Of a stretch of 64,000 nt of DNA, positions 1-11,889 are shown piece by piece. Position numbers and translations under genes: made by a program. The notes below the pieces were generated by a model. The model was not told the DNA's origin, searched no databases, and saw only the letters and a list, made by a program, of their open reading frames with translations. Origin of the DNA: Octopus sinensis (lineage: Eukaryota). Location: the NCBI RefSeq assembly GCF_006345805.1, contig NC_043005.1:60140001-60204000 (forward strand), in the 5' to 3' direction. Every line of letters starts with the position of its first letter. Position 1 is the stretch's first letter.

Positions 1-293
1 AACAATAGACGGACTGGTTGGGAAAGAGAGAGAGAAAGAAAGAGGGAGACTTTGTTTTCATCTACTATGCCAATGCTTCCGAGAAATTAAATGACGTGTA
101 TATAAAACAAATTAAGCAGAACTAATGAAACCTCATGAAAACAGAACGCTACAGCCTGAAATTCAATCTAATTTACTAATTTAACACTGTCGTAATTAGT
201 TTAGTGCCTAATAGTTTCCAAAAATCTTTGACAAGTTGTCTTTTCTGTAGATGTAATATTATAGATATCTATTAGTTGAGTATTTATCTTCAG

Positions 294-363
294 CAGAACG
301 TTCGATTTGTACAACCATGAGAGAGTATTATCGGTCGAACATCTATTTCATCTCAATCATTAT
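294..363 (+). CDS. Candidate internal exon (RTFDLYNHERVLSVEHLFHLNHY), possible F-BAR-like helix
   Basis: Acceptor tttatcttcag at 291-293; open frame; only a weak donor (GTGAAA at 364). Joins in phase 0 to the 470-585 exon across a 106-nt intron. Confidence 0.25.
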
Positions 364-469
364 GTGAAAATAACTATGAGAAAGAAGGAAATTGAACCGA
401 TCTCGAATATTTTTTTAGTTTTGCTTGAGTGTTTTTGTATTGATAATTTTATCAGTATATTTTGTTAAG

Positions 470-585
470 ATACAGACAGAAAGCAATGTAGAGCAGTATG
501 TGAGACACAGAAGACTGACTGAAGCGATACAGTGTCATAATTTTAAAGATGAGTTCCAATGGTTCATAGAGCACCAGACAGTCGT
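470..585 (+). CDS. Candidate internal exon (IQTESNVEQYVRHRRLTEAIQCHNFKDEFQWFIEHQTV), F-BAR/PACSIN-like C-terminal helix
   Basis: Acceptor ttttgttaag and donor GT|gtatgt; only one of three frames is open. The SNVxxY...L...I...DEFxWF pattern resembles PACSIN-type F-BAR ends as recalled; not verified by search. Confidence 0.4.
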
Positions 586-862
586 GTATGTTTTGTTTTG
601 CTTTAGCTTGTCACTCTCGTTTAATCAGGCTTTACATTATAGCCTTAATCCTCGTCAATACAAAAGCAGAATCAACATAGATGTAGGTATACATACACAT
701 ACCTATGTGTGTGTACATATACATATGGATCATTTATATATGTATGCATATTCACATACCCTCACACACATATACATTCATATATTTAATATATATTTGT
801 ATATATATATATATTTATATGTGTGTATGTATAAATATATCTATATATCTTATCTATCTATC

Positions 863-3330
863 TGGACTTCAAAGTAAGAGAAATTTTCCTTGATCCAGAG
901 AGTAGGCTGGTCGTCTTTAATGTCGTTGGCAGTAAAGGGTGTGATTTTCGACTGATAACAGTTTATGCACCGTCCTTAAAGAGATCGGCCAGATTTCTTT
1001 CGGCATCTAGAGGTTTTCCTGGGAACGTCTCGACCTTTACTTTTAGTGAGGGATTTGAACACTGCCCTGGACACGCATCTAGACTATGTGGGCAGAGATA
1101 GTAATAAGAGGGGTTGTAAATGCCTCAAAGACCTGCTCAGATGTTTCCAACTGTCTGACATGTACCGACTGGATCACCCGAATGTGCTAATGTGGACATG
1201 GAGCAACCGCATCGGGTTGTCCAGATCGTATTTAGATTGAGTATTCTGTAGTGAGTAAAGATAGTGTAGGTTGTGCACAATTTCATATAGTCAGCTACAC
1301 AGATCACCAATTTGTGACTTGTACATTTCACTTAGATAAGACACAGGGGCAGGGTCCCGGTTACTGGTAGCTGAACGCTTCGTTCACGGCACGCCAGTCT
1401 TACAGGGATCGGATTAGCACATTAATTAAGAAAGTATTGACGGGTGCCATCGTTAGCAATAGATGGTGATATGCCCTACAGAAAGCAATTAAAGCAGGAT
1501 CGCTTAGGTACAAAAAGGCCCAGTTATTAGACCGAAATAGAATAGGAGATCTAGTTAAGAAATTAGAAGAGGCACTTAGAACTGGCATAGCGTCCAACGT
1601 ACTCCAACGCTAAATACCAAGGATGCGTTGCAGAGCTAGGATGCGTGCTTAGAGGAACGAAGGAGTTGGAGTCGTCAGAGAGACCCGAGTGGCGGAGGCA
1701 CAACGCGGCAACAAAGCCACCATTGGGTCCCTGACAGCTGAACATGGGTGCGAATTACTCGAGCCTGAAAGGATGTGTAAGGCCTTTCAACAACAACTTA
1801 CCCGACTGTTCGGGACAACTGGTGGCACAGAACGCAGAGTGGACTTTAGTGCCTACCTGCATAGTCCGCCACGACTCTCGGCAAGAAAGGCAGAGTACTG
1901 GATGCGATGGCAGGCTATACGGGAAACAAGTTATCAGGGTTGGATGGTCTGCCCTACGAACTTTATTTTCATATGCCAGACTTGTTTGGACGTATCTTGG
2001 CAGCTGTCTACTCTAACTGGCAGCAAAACGGGAGTATCCCCGACTCAGTAAAGCTAGGAGCGGTGGCACTGTGAAAGAAAGATCCAAGAAAAGAGAACGT
2101 CATAGATAACTTCAGGCCCATCACTCTACCCAACGCAGATTTGAAGATTTTGGCCAAGGTGTTAGCTGAGAGGTTGGTGCTTGTCATCGAGAAACTGGTC
2201 GACATGTCGCAAACGTGCGCCGTGCCGGGTAGGAGTATCTATGACAACCTCCATCTGTTGCATTACATCATAGACAGGGTTGTTAAGGAACCTGGCATGG
2301 GTAGGGCGCTGATAAATTTGGAACAGTCAAAACCTTTCGATAGGGTAGACTATCACTTCTTGGAGGCTGTCCTTAGAGCGGCTGGTTTAGGTCCCGCTTC
2401 CACGGTTGGATCGCTGCCTTATACAACAGCATCCACTCGGTAATTCGTGTAAATGGTCATCTGTCCAGATCATTTAACATCATGTCTTCGATTCGTCAGG
2501 GATGCTCCCTCTCGTCGCGTCTGTATGTATTGACTCTTGAGTCACCACTGCGGAAGCTGGTGACACTGAGGGGTATCCGACGAGAGCTAGGATGTGGGAG
2601 GAGCGTGTCTGCATATGCAGACGACGTCACCGTCATAGTGTTGAGCCACAGGCATATCGACCTGGTCGGGGAGACACTAAAAGAAAATGAAGCATTAACG
2701 AGAGTAAAAATTAACCGGGAAAAGTTAGTGGGCTTGCAGCTCCTCACCTGGAGAAGCAAGCCCATGCCGTCCAACAGCGTCTCCATCGTGGGACTCTGGA
2801 CCGACGGATCGGTTAAATTGCTCGGAGTCAGGTTCGGTCCGGACCTCCAATTGGAGAAGAACTAGTGCGAGATAACAACTATGTTGGTCACTCTCACCCA
2901 GCAATGAGCCGAAAGGAAGCTATACCTAAAAGGTCAGGTGGAGGTGACAACGCGTGCATCAAGTCCGTCATCGATTAACGTCTGACCGTCATGCCTTGCC
3001 CTGACCCCACCATCACGAAACTGGACCGCATAGTCTCCCACTTTTTGTGGAAGGGAAGCGTTCCCATGGTTAGGCGATCCCTTTGCTGTCAACACCCGCT
3101 AAATGGAGAGCTCGGCATAGCGTAGTTGATGATGCGCAGACATGCGCTGTAACTGCGGCATCTCCGGCGTTTCATAGACGATGGTGAACAGGTGAGGTCG
3201 CTGTTTGTGCGGCGTCCTTTCCCGCAGCTCGTCTCTTTGGCCGAACTGCAGTCTTGAATCATGAAACAGAGACTGAAGCTAGGCGAATGACACCGCGAGT
3301 GCCGCCTTACTCTCAAGCAACTCTGCCGTC
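863..3330 (+). mobile_element. 5'-truncated, degenerate L1/Tx1-clade LINE ORF2 (APE endonuclease + reverse transcriptase)
   Basis: EN motifs FRLITVYAP, DLN, TWSN..SYLD; RT motifs NFRPITLPNADLKILAKVLAERL, IRQGCSLS, SAYADD; multiple stops and frameshifts. Confidence 0.9.
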
Positions 3331-3497
3331 CAAGACCAAACTTGTGCGTCTTCAATTCCACAAATTGAATCACGTTGATTTTATACCCTTAACTCAAATG
3401 GTGTCTTCTCATTTACTCGGAGGCTACCGAAGATCGCACCGGGATTTATTTTTACACTTTAACAGGGTGCATATAAAATTATGACGGCAATTCCTGT

Positions 3498-3509
3498 ACA
3501 CACACAACA

Positions 3510-3556
<47 letters not shown>

Positions 3557-3625
3557 ATAGACATATGTATGTATGTACGGATACCTGTGTATGTGAGTGT
3601 GTGTGTGCATGTGTGTGTGTGTGTA
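3498..3625. repeat. (CA)n/(TG)n compound microsatellite
   Basis: Direct inspection. Confidence 0.95.
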
Positions 3626-4587
3626 CAGGATTTGCCATCATATTTCTATATGCGTCCTGTTAAAGTGTAAAAATATATTTTTGCATATTATTTCTTCCGT
3701 GTTCAGCAATAAGTATAATGACTGCTTTTAAATACTCAATATATCGACCATTTAATACCGGCCATTTCATTTATTACTGAACATCGAAGACGTAAATGAA
3801 AAGATTATATAGCTTTTCAACGTTGACTATGTAATCATCAAGGTAATTTGCCGAATCGTGTGCATGTTGTATTACGCATTAAACACAAACCTCTTTTCTG
3901 TATTTTTTATGTGTACTTCCCTCTATCGATCCAAGTGTGTATTTCAGACTTGAAATTGTTTCGTCGATTTCTTATTATCGAATATTTAAAGAACTTTCTA
4001 ATATAAAAGATCGAATATATATTCTATATACTTTAACACTGCTAACCCCACAAAATTACGTTCACAAAAGTATTTGATTAATTCGAAGTTATAATCTAAT
4101 TTACTTGACAAATATAAGTTCTAAAATAGCAGTTAACTATCCAACTATGTCAATGTGGTTCCCAGTGTTTCCCTGCTGTCCAGTTAGATGATCAAAAGTT
4201 TCTGCAAATAAACCTCATTCAAAATCAAATATTGTAACATGAAAACAAAATAGAGAGAAAATACGAGAATTATATTGACGGAGAAGAGTGCTTCGTTATC
4301 TGGAACCTCGAAAGGCTTGCTTCTGCAACATTCAACAATATATCACTTTTTTCTTGAAATACGCCTCAGTTCTTTCAACTTCTTCGTTAAAATGCGTTTC
4401 ATAAAATTGCTATGAAATAACGTAAGAAAAGAAGTTCGAAGAAACACAGTAGCTGTGATGAGCAGAAACAAATAAACATTTGATGCTGATATGGGACGGC
4501 ATTGTAAATATTTAGAAGATTTGCTGAGCTGCAGTTATGATTTATTCTCAAGCAATTTAGATGACTTGATGACGACTACGTTGTGAA

Positions 4588-4912
4588 GGCGCATGGCTCA
4601 GTGGTTAGAACGTCGAGCTTACGATCGAGAGGTTATGAGTTCGAATCCCAGACCGGGCTGCGTGTTTTGTTCTTGAGCAAGACACTTTATTTCATGTTAC
4701 TCCAGTTCAATCAGCTGTAGAAATGAGTTGCGACGTCACAGGTGCCAAGCTGTATCGGCCTTTGCCTTTCCCTTGGATAACACTGGTGGTGTGGAGAGGG
4801 GAGGCCGGTACGCATGGGCGACTGCTGCTCTTCCATGAACAACCTTGCTCGGACTGGGGAAGGTAACTTTCTAGGTGCAATCCCACGGTCAGTCATGAGA
4901 GAAGGAGGTCTC
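4588..4912 (+). mobile_element. tRNA-derived SINE (tRNA-Arg(ACG)-like head)
   Basis: A-box TGGCTCAGTGG, B-box GTTCGAATCC, anticodon-like loop ttACGat, then cttgagcaagacacttt body and a unique tail ending at a (CA)/(TA) tract. Confidence 0.85.
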
Positions 4913-4946
4913 AATTACAGCTACGTACACACACACACACACACAC

Positions 4947-4988
<42 letters not shown>

Positions 4989-5104
4989 TAAATCTTAGGG
5001 TAGCAAAAAATTTTTAGAGTAATTATCTGCTACCTGTGGTCTAACGGGAAGGAAAGAATAGTCAATAGACTATATATTATTCATAGAGAAATGCACACTG
5101 TATT

Positions 5105-5151
<47 letters not shown>

Positions 5152-5370
5152 CATGTATGTCTGTACGGTATGTGTGTATGTGTGCGCGCATCTACTGAAT
5201 GACTGGGGTCATGATGGTGCACAGCCAGTAGATACGTATATGCGTGCATGCATATGTTTATATTCATATGAGTGTTTGTGTGTATCTGTTTGTATGTGTA
5301 TCTTATAATTAGATAGACATTCTTTTCTCACTGGTTGATAGTCACACGCTCTCTTTCTTTCTCTTTCTCA

Positions 5371-5412
<42 letters not shown>

Positions 5413-7241
5413 CTCTCATCCCTCTATATTTTCTCTACGTTTTTCTTACTATATCACAATTATTAACAGTTGAAGTCGAGTAAAATAAGTGTCATTTCAA
5501 GGTTCATTTCCCAGCACAAATATGTTCAATTATGCGATTCAAATGAAAGAATATCTACATATATGTGTGTGCGTGCATGTGCGCGTGTTCATATATCTGT
5601 ATGCATGTACGTAGGGAGATAATTGATTAACTGTGACGCTATAAAGTAAATTTACGACTTCCTCTTCACCCTTAAGGACACTTCACGCTCAATGTACTGT
5701 TTGACGTACCTCCATTGATAACCTCCAGTTGAATAATGATAATCATGTAAAAACAACTGATAATGCTAGGTTGTAGTTAATTGATTGTAAGATCATGGTT
5801 GGTGGAACACGATTTCAGTACCATTCCATTGCTAGCTAGAAAGTTTTGGCTCATGTAGCATTGTCAAAACCGAAGAATACACAATTATACTTCATATAAT
5901 CCTCGACTAGATAATGATACATATATAAATACATTTGTACAAATGGCCTCAATGCTGAGTAAATATATTTTACACACACATAAAGTAAAGTTGGATGAGT
6001 TTTTTTTCCAGGCATCAGGATTCAAAGATACATGAAGATAAACTTCTTAGAAAAATGATTTTGTGTATTGATTAAATTAGATTTAATCAATATAAATTCT
6101 AATAAATAAATGATATTGTCAAGATAATCTCTATTAAGTGCGCCCATTGCAGCCACAAGAAACTGAATTGCTTGTGCACCAGAAAAACAACAAAGATAGT
6201 GAATAATATTTACTCAGTTCCCAATGAAGCTTTCTGTCCTAAATGACCTAGTCTTTATAGGTTTAAATAAGCGTAATGACTGTAAGCCAGCACAAGTAGA
6301 GTAGTGTTCCAAAATTGCAAAGTGGTGCCGCATTTGAGATGAGTTGGCGAAGTTGATTCATTCCAAATTGAGCTTTCAGTAATGTCTTTTTGTACTACTT
6401 AATGATGGGACGCGGTACATTTTCTCCAAAATAAAATAATTCCAGAAACAGTCAAAGTTTATGTTAATGCAATCAATTTTCAATACATAAGTAGTGAAAC
6501 ACTTTTGCAAATTGAACATAGGAAGTTTAATAATTTTCTCATACAATTTGGAAGATGTTTTCATAGAAACTTCATTTCGTTTCTCAAATTAAGAAGAAAA
6601 AAAAAACGTATTCTAAATCTTAATACAAAATATATTGAAAACAGTTTATTTTAAAGTTTTAAGTTTGTAATCTTTATACATTTCCCTATTACATAAGATT
6701 TGCAAACAGAGACATTTTTATTATTAATTCGGCTTGCATTTATTGAATATTTTACTACCCCCTTATATGTTCTATACAATACGTTAATAGAAAAAGCAAT
6801 TCTTTATTTTATTTGAAAACACTTTCTGTCTGTTTTTCGTAATTTTCTGACTAATCTGATTTCTCTTTACATTTCACTTAAATTCTCCAAGTGATTAGTT
6901 TTAGCTAACCCATAGTGAGACAAACTACGAGCTTCACATGTCAAAGTTGATTATGACGTCGTCTACATATGCCATGAGTTTATAAAATCTGATTCACCGA
7001 CAGAAGTGAGCTATCTACCATCTTCATTTCTTTGCTGCCTTATTTCATGATGCATTTTAATTCATGATGCTAAGAAAACAAATATTGTTTTGTTCGTGCT
7101 GCATTTATTATTGCGTAGCCCAAAATTATATCCGTGACCAAAACTATAGTCAAAGATCAATTGTATTTTCTTTAATATACCTGTATGTGTGTATGTATGT
7201 ATGTGTATGCGTGTATACATACATGCATATATATATATATT

Positions 7242-7311
<70 letters not shown>

Positions 7312-7334
7312 TATACATATATTTACATATGCAC

Positions 7335-7372
<38 letters not shown>

Positions 7373-7976
7373 CAAATTAATCAGTTTTCTTTTCGTATAT
7401 ATGTACACGGTCAATCGGTTTTATATTTTTTTCTTAAATATAATAGAATATGCTTTATGACAGATTTACCATTTAAATTTTGCCATGATATAGCTTCTGA
7501 ATTAAGGATGAATTAAAGTTAATAGACCATGTAATAGTGCATGTCTTGTCCTATTCATAATTTTTAGATATGCAATCACTTCTACAGGTCATCTGTGAAG
7601 AAAATCATAAGTACATTCTTGTAAATTCATTAATAACAGAATACGTAAGGGCATTTTGACAAAACAACTGTTTATAGCGAATGATTCCCATTATCTATTT
7701 GAATTAGTTTTTTATTTTATTCTAAGAAAAGAACAACTTCACATATTTGTCCATTGAAAAAAAAACATTGAGAGAACCGAAACTCAGCTGCCTTAATCAT
7801 ATTGATTTCGAATTATTTTCAGGGACTATAGAAGAACATACGAGGAACAATGAAATTTGCCTGTGAAAACAAATAATGAAATAAACAAATATGAAAGAAA
7901 TCAACCACAAAGCAGCCAACTGTTTTGTACATCCCTTAATGCAATAAACTGAAGGCAAAATTCGTTAAACATTATA

Positions 7977-8372
7977 GGCGCTGGAGTGGCTGTGTGGTAT
8001 GTAGCTAGCTTACCAACCACATGGTTCCGGGTTCAGTTCCACTGAGTGACATCTTAGGCAAGTGTCTTCTACTATAGCCTCGGACCGACCGAAGCCTTGT
8101 GAGTGGATTTGGTAGAAGGAAACTGAAAGACGCCCGTCGTATATATGTATATATATATATAAGTTTGTGTGTCTGTGTTTGTCCCCCCAACATCGCTTGA
8201 CAAACGATGCTGGTGTGTTTACGTCCCCGTAACTTAGCGGTTCGGCAAAAGAGACCGATATAATCTGTACTAGTCTTACAAAGAATAGGTCCTGGGGTCA
8301 ATTTTCTCGACTAAAGGCGGTGCTCCAGCATGGCCGCAGTCAAATGACTAAAACAAGTAAAAAAGTAAAAGT
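7977..8372 (+). mobile_element. tRNA-derived SINE with internal microsatellite (head-(TA/TG)n-tail)
   Basis: Head ggcgctggagtggctgtgtggt...gggttcagttccact; same family occurs reversed at 31611-31770 and 60655-60970; A-rich 3' end. Confidence 0.85.
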
Positions 8373-9455
8373 AATAATTTTAGACAGCTTTTAAAAACAA
8401 TAACGAGATAACGAAACAATACGGTATTTAATTGTATATCATATCCCCGTCTCTATTGCTAAACATCTGCAGCAATGCTCGCATATACACATACGCGTAT
8501 GCCAGGAAATACACAGACAAACATACACACGTACTAAACATTTGACACAATGTTGGGGTATGTTGATAAACGCAAACGCAACATATACAAATTCATAGTT
8601 AAAAAGTAAAGGAACAAATAAGGGTAAATATATCAGTTTTGGGCACAAAGCCAGTGGTACGTAAGATTTATTATAATATAAACCCAGAGAGAAATCGAAA
8701 ATCGATACCATACACATAATGATAACTGATCCCGTGGCATTGCAAACAGAAAAAAAAACTATCGAAAATAATGCAAACATAGTGAGATAGACACAACACT
8801 GGCTTCAGTCAAAATCAAGAGACATTAAATATGAATCCATCTTATATATTAGGGTGGAACGAAAACGATACTTATTACACAAATTTTCAAACTATGCTTT
8901 AAGAACATATACAAACACGTTAAAATCTGAAGTTCTTAAAATTACATATTTAGGCTCCTCAGCCCACTTGAGATTTTGAGTAATGAGCAAAAAATCAATT
9001 TATAACAAGTTTGCCGTTCCACATTTTATTTTTTATTTCACTATTATGAATTAATTTTGTTTTCTAAATTCCTTTATTAACAAGTGTATTAAAATCTCAA
9101 GCTCTACAATTTATAGCTTTAGATTCCGCATCGCAGTGAAAATTTTCTAATTATGCGAAATAAATTAACTTTTCGACTTTGTTTACTTTATCATTTTTCA
9201 ATACTAAGTCACCGAATATATGGGTTATATGAGGTCTAGATTAAACACTTATTAAAATAAATTATGCAAATTGTTGAGATCGTTGCAAAAAAGATACTTC
9301 TTCTATGGCAAAAGGCATCCATCCCTTGTGTTACGATTGAGTCAGTTAAACCGAAAATCTTAAAAACATTCCTTTGCTGACGTAAAAGAGCGACTGTGAT
9401 GTGGCCGATTCTTTCTCATCAGTCTCTGAAAAGTTTGTTTAGATACTGCTTGATC

Positions 9456-9789
9456 AAGACGGCGAGCTGGCAGAAACGTTAGCCCGCCGGGCGAAATGCT
9501 TAGCGAAATGCCTAGCGGTATTTTATCTTAATCCGTTTGTTTGTCCTTGTTTGTCCTCCGTTACGTTCTGAGTTCAAATTCCGCCGAGGTCGACTTTGCC
9601 TTTCATTCTTTCGGGGTCGATTTAATAAGTACCAGTTACGCACTGGGATCGATGTAATCGACTTAATCCGACTTTGCCATTCATTTATTGAGGGGGTCGG
9701 TAAATTAAGTACCAGTTGCGTACTGAGGTTTATCTAATCGACATGTCCCCTCCCTCAAAATTTCGGGCCTTGCGCATAGAGTAGGAAAG
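9456..9789 (+). mobile_element. SINE (ggcgagctggcagaa family) with 14-bp target-site duplication
   Basis: gatactgcttgatc at 9442-9455 and 9790-9803; body homologous to the 16138, 17370, 26704 and 27367 copies. Confidence 0.9.
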
Positions 9790-10086
9790 GATACTGCTTG
9801 ATCTATTCCGCCAATGATCATTTTTCGATTTGTCCCTTAAGTCTGTCAGAAATCTTGTTCTCTCTGCGGTACTTTTGGGTCGCTATTTCAACAGTTTTTA
9901 AAGGAATTACACATGCAGCAGGAAATGTCAAATAAATATTCTGTTGCATTGTTTTTAAACACATTACTCTTTGTTTGCCCGAGGGGGTTTATACATCCAT
10001 ATAGGTTAACGGTTATTTTCAATACTTGTCTCACCGGATTAAGTGTTCGTTTCTCTTTTTTTCTTCTGCAATTTTATGTTTGAATC

Positions 10087-10162
<76 letters not shown>

Positions 10163-10735
10163 AATTTTCCTCCGTCTGGCTGCTTTTCTCTCTACAAAAC
10201 GAAAAGTTGCATTATGGAACTGTCATTTTAACGAGATTTTTTTTATTTATCACCCGACTAACTACGTCTGCACCACCGGATACTCTGGTACCAGTTTTTT
10301 GTGTCCCACAAGAGGAGTCGATGCTAGATGCACAATTATTGTGATTAATAATATATTCTCGTATATTCCATCTTGTGTCTTTCATTTGTTATATATATAT
10401 ATACGTATATACGTTTATTATTTCGTTTTGAAAGATTCCCGATGGGAAATCTCGCGTTGAAACCGATATTGTTGTATTTCGGGATGATCACTGTTTTTTC
10501 CAATTAAACACACGCACTATATTTTTTTCACACGTTTATTACTGTTCTCATTTTATTATTTTAACACATGTCCACATAAGGATACACATCTTAGAAGAAC
10601 AGAATGGAATAAGTGAAGCAAGAACACCCGAAAACGAAACATGTTGCTGAAGAGGTGACAGATGTGTGACGAAAGATTTCCAATGATAACTGTATGGCTT
10701 ATAGGATTGGCCCTGGCATTAATTGTAGAACTAGA

Positions 10736-11030
10736 AATGTAGTTTACAGCATAAGATGCACAGAAATTACTTGTAAAGAAATGAACATGACATACATAGT
10801 GGAGACATCTAGGAGCATTGCGGAACGACTAAATGACCATTTGAGATAATATGACAACAAACAACAGTCATCCATAGCCTACCAACATACCAAGGATTAA
10901 CATGGAAGGGACCTGGGTCAACTTGACATCCGCATCTTATCCAAACACCCAAAGGACCCAACACTCAGACACATACGGGAGTACGTCCTCATAGATGAAA
11001 CTTCCCTAATACTAAATAGGAAATTACATA
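10736..11030 (+). mobile_element. Penelope-like element GIY-YIG endonuclease remnant
   Basis: Translates NVVYSIRCTEITCKEMNMTYIVETSRSIAERLNDH...HIREYVLI; two in-frame stops. Confidence 0.75.
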
Positions 11031-11847
11031 GTAGATATCATACCCCCATACACATAGTTTACACAGGTAGAGTAGAATAGTTACAGGGCTGTAGATAGAA
11101 GTATGTATGTGTGCGTGGTGGGGGTGTATGTATATATGTATATGCACATGTATGTAAGCATATGGATCTGAAAGTAAACAGATCAACATACAGACAGATA
11201 GGTACATAGGTTATATGAACAGACAAGCACACTTACGCAAATGAAGACTGAAACACATGACCATATACACACACACACACACTTTACTTTACAGAAGGAC
11301 ACATATGGAGACTCACGTCCACACATATAGAGATGCACATCCACTCATACAAACACGCTACATAGTTGCAAAATACATACACACACTTAGACATGCACAC
11401 ACAAGGAGACAGTGGTGCACACACGCACATATACAAACACACACATACACACGAACATGCAAACATAAGAATATCCAGAATACATACATACAAATGTACA
11501 CATATAGATAAATATATAGATATGCACACACACATACATGTATACACATCTTCATACATACATGCATGCTTGTATAGGCACACATACACACACACTGATC
11601 CACGCACATGTGCACAAACAAACAAAAAGGAACGCAGTGTGAGTAACGGACAGATTCAAATCTATTGAAAATGTTGCACGACGTAACGAAAATTTTAGAA
11701 AATTAAAAAGAAATAAAGGGAAATTTTACCGGTGAGTGTGTTACATTATAATGCACCAAAAGAGAATTACTCTCCCCACACATAGCAGAATATACTTCAA
11801 CACACGAACTCACATAAAGAATCTTGCAAACCAAATCCCAAAACGAA

Positions 11848-11889
<42 letters not shown>

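Noticed and set aside
425-877. 150-aa ORF as a complete CDS
   Set aside because: Only 470-585 looks exon-like; the remainder is polypyrimidine tract and microsatellite.
4588-4665. tRNA-Arg gene
   Set aside because: The stems pair poorly and the sequence continues into a SINE body; it is a SINE head.
7064-7516. Long ORFs with YIYI/HTHT/VCVC runs (also at 21.7-22.1, 31.0-31.4, 36.7-37.1, 42.0-42.8 and 61.4 kb)
   Set aside because: They are translations of dinucleotide microsatellites that lack stop codons.
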